This document shows, piece by piece, positions 10,215-21,339 of a stretch of DNA of 64,000 nucleotides. The stretch covers positions 31,558,001 to 31,622,000 of the forward strand of contig OY740813.1 in NCBI GenBank assembly GCA_963514005.1. Reading direction: 5' to 3'. The notes under the pieces were generated by a model. The model did no database searches, was not told the origin of the DNA, and worked only from the letters and a program-made list of their open reading frames with translations. The position numbers and the translations under genes are program-made. How positions within the stretch are numbered: the stretch's first letter is position 1; the number at the start of each line of letters is the position of its first letter. This DNA comes from Raja brachyura (taxonomy: Eukaryota).

Positions 10215-13200
10215 TAGAAACATAGAAACATAGAAAATAGGTGCAGGAGGAGGGCATTCGGCCCTTCGAGCCAGCACCGCCACTCATTGTGATCATGGCT
10301 GATCGTTCCCAATTTACCCATATCCATTGACTCCACAGCCTTCTCCCATATCCCTTGACTCCACCAGCCCCTAGTGCTCTATCTAACTCTCTCTTAAATC
10401 CACCCAGTGACTTGGCCTCCACTGGCAGGGAATTCCATAAATTCACAACTCTCCGGGTGAAAACGTTTTTTCTCACCTCAGTATTAAATGACCTCCCCTT
10501 TATTCTAAGACTGTGGACCCTCGTTCTGGACTCGCCCAAAATTGAGAACATTTTTCCTGCATCTAGCTTGTCCAGTCCTTTTATAATTTTATATGTTTCT
10601 ATAAGATTCCTCCTCATCCTTCTAAACTCCAGTGAATACAAGCCTAGTCTTTTCAATCTTTCCTCATATGACAGTCCCGCCATCCCAGGGATGAATCTCG
10701 TGAACCAACACTGCACTGTCTCAATCACATGGATGTCCTTCCTCAAATTAGGAGACCAAAACTGTACACAATACTCCAGATGTGGTCTCACCAGAGCCCT
10801 ACACAACTGCAGAAGAACCTCTTTACTCCTATACTGCAATCTTCTTGTTATCAAGGCCAACATTTCATTAGCTTTCTTCACTGCCTGCAGTACCTGCACG
10901 CCAACCTTCAGTGACCGGTTCAGTGACCGGTGTACAAGGACACCCAGGTCTCGCTGCACTTCCCCATTACCTAACCTAACCCATTGGGATAATAATCTGC
11001 CCCCTTGCTTTAGCCGCCTCACATTTATCCATATTATACTGCATCTGCCACGCATCTATCACTCACTCAACCTGCCCAGGTCCCACTGCAACCTCCTAAC
11101 ATCCTCTTCACAGTTCACACTGCCACCCAGCTTTGTGTCATCCGCAAACTTGCTAGTGTTGTTTCTAATTCCCTCTTCCAAATCGTTAACATATATGGTA
11201 AAGAGTTGCGGCCCCAACACTGAGCTTTGCGGCACCCCACTTGGCACTGCCTGCCATTCGGAAAAGGACCCGTTCACACCTACTCTTTCCTTCTTGTCTG
11301 CCAACCAATTTTCTATCCATGTCAACAACCTATCCCCAATACCATGTGCTCTAATTTTAGTTACCATTCTCCCAAGCATGATTTCCCTTTCATAAATCCA
11401 TGTTGACTTGGACTAACCTTTTACTGCTATCCAAAATGGCCTATTATTACCTCTTTAATAATTGACTCCAGCATCCTTCCCACCACCAAAGTCAGGCTAA
11501 CTGGTCTGTAATTCCCCGTTTTCTCTCTCGCTTCTTTCTTGAAAACCATATAACCATATAACAATTACAGCATGGAAACAGGCCCTTTCCGCCCTTCCGG
11601 TCCGTGCCGAACATTTATTTTCCCCTAGTCCCATCTACCTGCACTCATACTATACCCCTCCATTCCCTTCCCGTCCATATACCTATCCACTTGACTTTTA
11701 AATGTTAAAATCGATCCTGCCTCCACCACTTCTGCAGGAAGCTCATTCCACACAGCCACCACTCTCTGAGTAAAGAAGTTGCCCCTCATGTTACCCCTAA
11801 ACTTCTGTCCCTTAATCCTGATGTCATGCCCTCTTGTTTGAATCTTCCCTACCCTCAATGGGAAAAGCTTATCTACGTCAACTCTGTCTATCCCCTTCAT
11901 CATTTTAAAGACCTCAATCAAGTCCACCCTTAACCTTCTGCGCTCCAAAGAATAAATACTTAACTTGTTCAACCTTTCACTGTAACTTAGTTGCTGGAAC
12001 CCAGGCAACATTCTAGTAAATCTCCCCTGTACTCTCTCTATTTTGTTGACATCCTTCCTATAATTAGGCGACCAAAATTGTACACCATACTCCAGAATTG
12101 GTCTCACCAATGCCTTGTACAATTTTAACATTATTTCCCTACTCCTATATTCAATGCTCTGATTTATAAAGGCCAGCACACCAAAAGCATTCTTTACCAC
12201 CCTATCTACATGCGATTCCACCTTCAGGGAACTATGCACAGTTATTCCTAGATCCCTCTGTTCCACAGCATTCCTCAATTCTCTACCATTTACCATGTAT
12301 GTCCTATTTTGATTTGTACTGCCAAGATGTAGCACCTCACACTTATCAGCATTAAACTCCATCTGCCATCTTTCAGCCCACTCTTCCAAATGGCCCAAAT
12401 CTCTCTGTAGACTTTGAAAATCTACTTCATTATCCACAACACCATCTATCTTAGTATCATCTGCATACTTACTTATCCAATTTTCCACCCCATCATCCAG
12501 ATCATTGATGTACATGACAAACAACAGTGGATCCAACACAGATCCCTGAGGCACCCCACTGGTCACCAGCTTCCAACCTGACAAATAGCCATCCACCATT
12601 ACTCCCTGGCATCTCCCATTCAGCCACTTCTTAACCAACCTTCCATGGGGAACCTTGTCAAAGGCCTTACTGAAATCCATATAGACAACGTCCACTGTTT
12701 TACCCTCATCAATTTCCCTAGTAACCTCTTCAAAAATTCAAGAAGGTTTGTCAAACATGACCTTCCAGGCACAAATCCATGTGGGATAACATTAGCTATC
12801 CTCCAATCCACAGGAATTGATCCTGAATCTATTGAACATCGGAAATTGATCACCAATGCGTCCACTATTTCTAGAGGCAGCACCCCGAGGACCCTGGGAT
12901 GCAGACCACCAGGCCCAGGGGATTTATCATCCTTCAGTCCCATTAGCCTACCCAATACTATTTCTCGCCTAATGAAAATTTCTTTCAGTTCCTCTACCCC
13001 CTTAGATCCTCTGTCCTCCCGTACATCTGGGAGATTGTTTGTGTTTTCCTTAGTGAAGACAGATCCGAAGTACCTATTCAACTCTTCTGCAATTACGCTG
13101 TTGCCCATAATAATTTCACCCGTGTCTGCCTTCAAGGGACCCACATTTGACTTTGCTACTCTTTTTCCCTTAACTTACCTAAATAAGCTTTTACTGTCCT

Positions 13201-13316
13201 TCGTTATATTCCTGGCCAGCTTCCCCTCGTACTTCATCGTTTCAGCCCGTATTGCCCGTTCTGTTTCCTTCTGTTGTCCTATGAAAGTTTCCCAATCCTC
13301 CGGCTTCCGGCTACTC
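10215..13316 (-). mobile_element. CR1 LINE (family A) interrupted by a family B CR1
   Basis: RT motifs [34 protein letters not shown]. Continuity ttcttgaaa...gtgggataac across 11545-12781 matches the uninterrupted copy at about 49681-49700. Confidence 0.88.
11545..12781 (-). mobile_element. CR1 LINE (family B) nested in the family A copy
   Basis: 356-aa ORF (DFSKAFDKVPHG...GVPQGSVL...YADDTK...) ending in an AACCATAT tail at 11545-11560. Confidence 0.88.
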
Positions 13317-14594
13317 AATGAGAGATGAGCGACATCAAAATAACAACGGGTTATTAGGACTAGTGGCGTCTTGGAAAGCTGCACCAGACCTTGAAGCAAG
13401 CATTTATAAATAGGAGCAATACGACACGTGGCGCTACATGCTTAGGTAGCAAATAGGCATAGATACAGTTACACATCACATCAGTATGTACACAGTGACA
13501 TATACAGAACATATATTAACACAATTAGAATTACACGAGAACCCATGAACACAAACACACACACACCCGCAGAGAAAGGCAAGGGACGTGAGAGGAACTT
13601 GCATTTTTTAATTATAATGAACATTTAATACTCCTTTGATTTGCTCGATCCGTGTATTCAGGGCGGGAGAGCAGAAACATCTTGCATCAATGCTGTGAAA
13701 ACCACAAGTACAAATAAGTGGAACATAGAGAACAAGGATAACTTGTCGCCATGATAAATTGCTCCGATGAACGTGGCCCATTTCAGTCTGGGTCGAGAAA
13801 GATGTTGAGTCCAGTTATTAAATAGTCACCAACCTTGATAACGTGTGCAGGCGATTTAAGGGATGACCGATATTTGTGCCTTGTGCAAACATAGACCAGA
13901 TATCAGATCTGGCACGATGTTTAATGGCAAGCCAGTCCGAGAATTAGTCAAGGCGTTTCCAGCTCACCCCCAGATGTGCACAAGCATACTGTCCACGAAA
14001 CTTCAGCACAAGTCGTAAATTGCCCCACAGTATATAACCACACACCGTGGAATCACTTCGCCAACCATCATGCAGCACACCTCACAATCCCACCTGCCAG
14101 CTTTTGGCCATATCCTTCTAGAAACATAGAAACATAGAACGTATTCTAAACATATTCTAGCCGTGTACCTGTCCAAGTGTCTTTTAAAACAAGTACTGAA
14201 ACACGAAATCCATCCAATCATATCCTTGTTCAATCCTTGTTCGTTGAAATGCAAACAGGACAGGAACGGTTACATCGATACACATATTTGCACAGAAAAC
14301 TCACATTCTTGCAACGGAAACACATGCACGCGCTCTCTTTTATACGGGTGGACTTTTACACCAAAATCCATGTGACAATGCATATTAACCGGTATATTGG
14401 ACCAGAATGTTCTTTTTCCATTCATAATTGCTGATTGACATTAAAACAGATGTATTCCAACAAAACAGGCAGATCACTTAAAATCACACGTGGAGGCTCG
14501 CAGCCGCGCACAGAAACACACGCACGCACACACACAAACAAACATGAAGCTGTACAAAACGTTCATTATGTCTAACGAAAACCTCTACTTAAAC

Positions 14595-14987
14595 ATCTTA
14601 CAGAAACATATAAAATTATAAAAGGACTGCATAAGCTAGATGCAGGAAAAATGCTCCCAGTGTTGGTTGAATCCAGAACCAAGAACCAGGGCCACCGTTT
14701 TAGAATAAAGGGGAGGTCATTTAAGACTGAGGTGAGAAAAAATGTTTTCACGCAGAGAGTAGTGAATTTATGGAATTCCCCGCCACAGAGGGCAGTGGAG
14801 GCCAAGTCATTGGATGGATTTAAGAGAGAGTTAAATCCCCATATGGATTTAAGCGACATGGGGAGAAGGAGGGCACGGGTTATTGATAGCGGACGATCAA
14901 CCATGATCACAATGAATGGCGGTGCTGGCTCGAAGAGCCGAATGGCCTCCTTCTGCACCTATTTTCTACGTTTCTATGTTTCTATGT
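14595..14987 (+). mobile_element. CR1 3' fragment
   Basis: FKTEVRKNVFTQRVVNLWNS plus 3' UTR and TATGTTTC tail. Confidence 0.85.
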
Positions 14988-15583
14988 TTAATATGGGTCT
15001 ATGTCGTCACCGGAAGGGCTACTGACATGTTTTACCCAGTGATCACATACATTGTAAAGAGGAGATTTCATCTGTGGGCCATTCGTTCTCCATACATCAT
15101 ATTAGAGAAGATGATGCCCATACATTAAGCTGTAAAGCTAATTTTCTCACACACAGTATTCTTTCATCCCATATTCCGAATAAGCACACATCAGCGTTTA
15201 CGTTGTTCCGGGGGGAATCACAGCTAATTACTGGGATCCGATGTTTTGCATTCAGTGAGTTCCTCTGTTGATCTGCGGTCGCCTTCTATAAAGAGTGCTT
15301 TGATAACATTGCATTTTGAACAAACTCCAATTTGCGTACCCTCCCAGTTAATTAATTATATTATCTGGAACAGGAGGTTTATACAATGAACAACCTTCCT
15401 GGGACAAAACAGACTCACGGGTTTCTCTAAAATTCCCGATAAGCGGATGACTGAGAGTAGCTGTTGCTACTAGACACAAAATGCTGAGGTAACTCAGCGG
15501 GTCAGGCAGCATCTCCGGAGAGAAGGAATGGGTGACGTTTCGGGTCGAGACCGTTCTTCGGACTCTGACGAAGAGTCTCGACC

Positions 15584-16711
15584 CCGTTACGTATTTGGTA
15601 ACATGTCTCGAACAGCAAAATAACTATCTTGGACTTGAGTTCTCCAGAGCACCGGATCGTTGCCTCCTGCACACTGTTTTTTCTCTTCCTGCACTGACAT
15701 AATTGCCCTTTTGCCCATTTACCCTCGTCAGCTTTTCCCACATTAGGAAAGCTTATGTAGTTGCCCCGCTTACAAAGGTAATATACCTATGCTGGCGGGG
15801 CAAAGAAGGATGCATTCCTAATCGGTATCAAACTATGTTCCTTAAAATGTAGTCATTTTACCTGATTCTTGTTTTTCACGCGGTCATACGTGCTAGATAT
15901 CAAACTCCTTCCAACTCATTCAAACATATCGCTTTTGTCGTCCATAGCCTTACTGTGGGGAAATATTTTGACAATCTGCCACATCTTTCACACAGAGAGT
16001 GGTGGAACTCTCTGCCACAGAAGGTAGTTGAAGCCAGTTCATTGGCTATATTTAAGAGGGAGTTAGATGTGGCCCTTGTGGCTTAAGGGATCAGGGGGTA
16101 TGCAGAGAAGGCAGGTACAGGATACTGAGTTGGATGGTCAGCCATTGAATGGCGGTGCAGGCTGGAAGGGCCGAGTGGCCTACTCCTGCACCTATTTTCT
16201 ATGTTTCTATCTTTCTATCTGTGCCTCTCACAATCATGGATACATTTACAAGTTCATCCATCAGTCTCCATTGCTCTTATGAAAACAAATCCAACCACCC
16301 AATCTCCGCCTATAACACAAGATCTTTAATCCAAACACCGTTATGTTGAATTTGGGTTTACTGATTTCTCTAACTTTTGGTAGCCCCCGGCATTCCCTCT
16401 CTTTATCCCTCCACCACCCAGGTTGCACAAGCTTTTTGTTTTCACCTAACAAACAGCTAACAGTGGCTTGTTTTCGTTATCATCATTACTTTTTTGCACA
16501 TCTTTCAATCATTGTTCTTTATCTCTCTACATCATCGCCTATATTGCTCGTTTCCCTTATCCCTAACCAGTCTGAAGAAAGATCTCGACCCGAAACGTCA
16601 CCTGTTCCTTCTCTCCAGAGATGCTGCCTCGCCCGCTGGGTTAATCCAGATGTTTGTGTCTACCGACATGTTGAAGTTCCTCTTCATTCCTTTATAAGCA
16701 ACATCGTGTAT
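15584..16711 (+). repeat. Local duplication, copy 1 (1128 bp)
   Basis: Identical to 17652-18779 at offset 2068 apart from one substitution noticed (atattgctc vs atatcgctc); the ORF tracks at 16067/18135 and 16149/18217 are identical. Confidence 0.97.
16572..16602 (+). ncRNA. Degenerate minimal type-I hammerhead ribozyme motif (Penelope-derived); second copy at 18640-18670
   Basis: CTGAAGA-aagatctcgaccc-GAAAC-GTC-acc: CUGANGA and GAAA core boxes, palindromic minimal helix III and a GUC cleavage triplet. Helix II is partly mismatched. Confidence 0.5.
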
Positions 16712-16992
16712 CTAATCCTTTTCTCAAGCGATACTGCCTGACCCGCTGAGTTACCCCAGCATTTTGTGTCTGCCAATTGAGACCAGCATCTGCGGTTCTT
16801 TCCTACACGTAGCTTTTGCTGCAACTGGCTATGAGTTTGTATCTAATTATTGAGGATGATCAGCTAATCAGCAAAAACTTCATACCAAATTAATATCCTC
16901 TACAGAAAGTTATTGGAAAATAATAAATATAATGGATACAATATCCATGATTAGAAATGTTGAAAACTTGTGAAACTTCCCGCTTTCCGTAG

Positions 16993-17120
16993 ATTTCACA
17001 GACAGCATTCGTATTGAGGACTATGAGGAAGACAACGACAAAACCTGGACAACCGCTCGCACATTCATCATCCTGTTCTTTCTCAGCATTTCCTACGCCG
17101 CTGTCCTCACTCTTGTGAAG
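16993..17120 (+). CDS. IGHM: IgM transmembrane exon TM1
   Basis: Acceptor cttcccgctttccgtag| and donor GTGAAG|gtgag. (D)FTDSIRIEDYEEDNDKTWTTARTFIILFFLSISYAAVLTLVK: acidic spacer followed by an Ig TM helix (WTTA..FI.LF.LS..Y). Not in the ORF track. An in-frame alternative acceptor lies 9 nt downstream (17001/17002). Confidence 0.95.
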
Positions 17121-17205
17121 GTGAGTTAATTTCACCTACCTTTCACCTAATTGAAGAGAATGGATACATCTGAATTAGCGGAACCAGTAGAGGTCCTGAC
17201 TGCTA

Positions 17206-17208
<3 letters not shown>

Positions 17209-17272
<64 letters not shown>
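17209..17272 (+). repeat. (TC)32 microsatellite in the TM1-TM2 intron
   Basis: Uninterrupted TC dinucleotide run ending 11 nt before the TM2 exon. Confidence 0.97.
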
Positions 17273-17276
<4 letters not shown>

Positions 17277-17283
17277 TTCACAG

Positions 17284-17292
17284 ATCAAGTGA
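17284..17292 (+). CDS. IGHM: IgM transmembrane exon TM2 (ATC AAG TGA; cytoplasmic tail K-I-K)
   Basis: (TC)n tract followed by ttccttcacag|ATCAAGTGA, 163 nt after the TM1 donor. Corresponds to the VK* mini-exon of membrane IgM. Confidence 0.9.
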   Translation: MK

Positions 17293-17651
17293 CGGTTTAA
17301 AGTATGAAATCGCGTGTGTCTCTCGTCGATGTTTGGACACCGCCATTTACTGCCAAGGGAAATGTGCCAAACTGAATCGCACAATATCATGAACAATAAT
17401 TCATTCTGTCAATTTGAATTGTTTGAAGCAGCCTAGGATGCCTTTAGAACATAGTTAATGTACCAAACTATTTTAATCTAAATCTGAATGTCATGCGCAA
17501 ATAAGTTCTCAGTCTGCATACATTTATTTTTTTACTTTAGCGTGGGTCATATTTCTTGTCGTACCGGTGTTGAATGTCGTTTTTCGAAAGTAGAACAAAT
17601 AGGTTGTTTATAGTGAGGATATGAACTTAATGATAATTTCGGATATATTAT

Positions 17652-18779
17652 CCGTTACGTATTTGGTAACATGTCTCGAACAGCAAAATAACTATCTTGG
17701 ACTTGAGTTCTCCAGAGCACCGGATCGTTGCCTCCTGCACACTGTTTTTTCTCTTCCTGCACTGACATAATTGCCCTTTTGCCCATTTACCCTCGTCAGC
17801 TTTTCCCACATTAGGAAAGCTTATGTAGTTGCCCCGCTTACAAAGGTAATATACCTATGCTGGCGGGGCAAAGAAGGATGCATTCCTAATCGGTATCAAA
17901 CTATGTTCCTTAAAATGTAGTCATTTTACCTGATTCTTGTTTTTCACGCGGTCATACGTGCTAGATATCAAACTCCTTCCAACTCATTCAAACATATCGC
18001 TTTTGTCGTCCATAGCCTTACTGTGGGGAAATATTTTGACAATCTGCCACATCTTTCACACAGAGAGTGGTGGAACTCTCTGCCACAGAAGGTAGTTGAA
18101 GCCAGTTCATTGGCTATATTTAAGAGGGAGTTAGATGTGGCCCTTGTGGCTTAAGGGATCAGGGGGTATGCAGAGAAGGCAGGTACAGGATACTGAGTTG
18201 GATGGTCAGCCATTGAATGGCGGTGCAGGCTGGAAGGGCCGAGTGGCCTACTCCTGCACCTATTTTCTATGTTTCTATCTTTCTATCTGTGCCTCTCACA
18301 ATCATGGATACATTTACAAGTTCATCCATCAGTCTCCATTGCTCTTATGAAAACAAATCCAACCACCCAATCTCCGCCTATAACACAAGATCTTTAATCC
18401 AAACACCGTTATGTTGAATTTGGGTTTACTGATTTCTCTAACTTTTGGTAGCCCCCGGCATTCCCTCTCTTTATCCCTCCACCACCCAGGTTGCACAAGC
18501 TTTTTGTTTTCACCTAACAAACAGCTAACAGTGGCTTGTTTTCGTTATCATCATTACTTTTTTGCACATCTTTCAATCATTGTTCTTTATCTCTCTACAT
18601 CATCGCCTATATCGCTCGTTTCCCTTATCCCTAACCAGTCTGAAGAAAGATCTCGACCCGAAACGTCACCTGTTCCTTCTCTCCAGAGATGCTGCCTCGC
18701 CCGCTGGGTTAATCCAGATGTTTGTGTCTACCGACATGTTGAAGTTCCTCTTCATTCCTTTATAAGCAACATCGTGTAT
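17652..18779 (+). repeat. Local duplication, copy 2 (1128 bp), downstream of TM2
   Basis: Direct repeat of 15584-16711; ends exactly at the 5' truncation point of a CR1. Confidence 0.97.
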
Positions 18780-19820
18780 TCTGAAGTGGCAGGCAGTGAC
18801 TAGTGGGCTACCGCAAGGCTCGGTGCTGGGACCGCAGCTATTTACAATATACATCAATGATTTAGATGAAGAGATATAAAGTAACATTTGCAAATCTGCA
18901 GATGACACAAAGCTGGGTGGCAGTGTGAACTGTGAGGAGGATGCTATGAGAATGCAGGGTGACTTGGACAGGTTGGGGGAGTGGGCAGATGCATGGAACA
19001 TGCAGTTTAATGTGGATAAATGGGAGGTTATCCACTTTGGTAGCAAAAACAGGAAGGCAGATTATTATTCAATTGTGTCAAGTTTGGAAAAGGGGAAGTA
19101 CAACGGGATGTGGGGGTCCTTGTTTATCAGTCAATGAAAGTAAGCATGCAGGTACAGCAGGCTGTGAAGAAAGCGAATGGCATGTTGGGCTTCATAACAA
19201 GAGGTGTTGAGTATAGGGGCAAAGAGGTCCTTCTGTAGTTATACAGGGCCCTAGTGAGACCACACAAGTATTGAGTGCAGTTTTCCTCCCCTACTTTGAG
19301 GAAGGACATTCTTGCTATTGAGGGAATGCAGCGTAGGTTTACAAGATTCTTTCCCGGGATGACGGGACTCTCATGTGCTGAAAGAATGGAGCGGCTGGGC
19401 TTGTATACTCTGGAATTTAGAAGGATGAGAGGATATCTTATTGAAACATATTATTGGAGGTTTGGACACGCTGGAGGCAGGAAGCATGTTCCCGATGTTG
19501 GGGGAGCCCAGAACCAGGGGCCACAGTTTAAGAATAAGGGGTAAGGAATTTAGAACGGAGATGAGGAAACACTTTTTCACACAGAGAGTTGTGAGTCTGT
19601 GGAATTCTCTGGCTCCGAAGGCGGTGGAGGCCGGTTCTCTGGATACTTTCAAGAGAGAACGTGGAAGATAGCGGAGTCTCTTAAAGATAGCGGAGTCGGG
19701 GGATATAGGGAGAAAGCAGGAAGGGGTTGCTGATTGTGGATGGTCAGCCATGATCACACTGAATGACGGTGCTGGCTCGAAGGGCCGAATGGCCTACTTC
19801 TGCACCTATTGTCTATTGTC
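18780..19820 (+). mobile_element. 5'-truncated CR1 LINE
   Basis: [19 protein letters not shown]...ADDTKLGG...[13 protein letters not shown] with stops and frameshifts; 3' UTR ending ctattgtctattgtc. Confidence 0.88.
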
Positions 19821-20707
19821 TTCTGAAAATTACAACGTAACACCGCGGCCATTATATTCTATGCCATGTGCTTCCTTCAGCATGTTGTTGGTCTGTCTTA
19901 CCACTTTCTGGAAATTGGGATATTGGAAACGAAAGCCTCACTGTTCATTAACATTCCTTGTCCTTCAACATTTACTGCAATTTTGCTACCTCCATCTGTC
20001 TTCCAAAAATGCATAATCTTCCCCAAATTCCAGATTTATTCTGATTTAATTTCATCAGTCAATGCTTCCAGGGCGTTCCGTTGTTAGCCTTAGACAACAT
20101 TCTTCGCTATTCATGTTACCTAAAATTATTGTGACATCCGCAGACTTAAAAACATTCCTCATAATTTAAAATCCACGACTTCAGTATGTTCATCTCGGAC
20201 AACACAAGCACCAACCTCTGTGGTGGACAGCATGTAGCAGACTTTCAATCGGGGGGAAAAAATCATCTATGCAACAACGCCGCCTGACACCCATCACCAA
20301 GCTAGTGTTGATACTGTCCTGTCTTTATTATAGAACAGTACAATACAGGGACAGAATCTTCAATGCACAATGCCCGGGCCGAATCACATGCCAGGTTAAA
20401 GCTATTCTCCTATGCTGTATACACACCCGACATTAGGCGGATTCACACCCGCCTAATGTTTTCTAATCTTCTAATGTCACTACCGCGTCTGCCTCCACTT
20501 CCCATGGCAGCGCGCCTAAGACACGCGTTATTTTCAGTGTAAAAATCATACCTGCATGCTTCTAAATCAGACAGCATTCGATGAAACCTCATCTGCTCTT
20601 TCTCCAAAGCCTCCTCATAATTCCTTCAATGGGGTGACCAAGTCTGCGCACAACACTTTAATTTCGGCCTAACCAGTCCTGTACATTCAATGTCATGCCA
20701 ATGCATG

Positions 20708-21020
20708 TGTAAATATATGCCAGAGAATCCAACTTCTTCGACTATTCCGTGTGGAGCAAGTCAGCATTCCCGTCCTGTTTGCACAGTTGTCCTTTCCTTA
20801 GTTCTGAGCGTATCCCCGACACGCGTGCTCACTGCAATTGGTCAGCGAGCTAAATGTTCAGTTGACCTGGTCTCAGTAAGGAACACAAATGTTTTATCCA
20901 CTTTGTGTTAAGATTATATAACCTTCTCTGTAAAATGTTTATGTGATTACACAAATAAAAGTTGAACGATATATTGACTAACCTGGCGTGCTGTGTTTGT
21001 TTCTCGAAGTTACCTTCACA
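20708..21020 (+). mobile_element. Possible solo LTR
   Basis: TGT...ACA ends, an internal TATA-like element and AATAAA (about 20954). No TSD could be identified. Confidence 0.3.
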
Positions 21021-21339
21021 TCACTTTAGTATTTATTATGGTTCTACTATTTCCAGATATAATTATACAGATATAATTTCTCAAATCGTAACTGGTTGTG
21101 TTTGAACACGAATCACTTCGGTTGAACAGTCACAGTGTCCGATGACGTTAAAGTTAAACTTATCAGAGTGCATTTAATATCAACGTTTCAGTGGGGAAAG
21201 GCAGCAAATGCGACATCCGCAACCTTGTACTTGGATACTTTGCGCAACAAAGAGCACGTCGTGACGAATTGCGTGCTCCTCCAAATAGTAACCGATATCA
21301 TAATTCATTCTAATATCACCGCAGAGCTTCACGTTCATG

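Larger units (their letters stand above)
15471..16771. repeat. Penelope-derived inverted-repeat (palindromic) element split by a 1128-bp insertion
   Basis: Left arm tagacacaaaatgctg..aactcagcgggtcaggcagcatc (15471-15584) is the reverse complement of right arm ..ctgcctgacccgctgagttaccccagcattttgtgtct (16712-16771). Degenerate CTGANGA...GAAAC cores lie at the centre. Confidence 0.7.

Noticed and set aside
10355-11395. 346-aa + strand ORF and similar long ORFs (12645-13328, 22021-22824, 49030-49440)
   Set aside because: Antisense shadows of CR1 ORF2, not genes.
13491-13529. Possible 23-RSS (CACAGTG + 23 nt + ACAATTAGA)
   Set aside because: The nonamer matches only 5/9 and lacks the A-tract; no adjacent V, D or J coding segment.
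21131-21170. CACAGTG heptamer
   Set aside because: No nonamer at 12 or 23 spacing.
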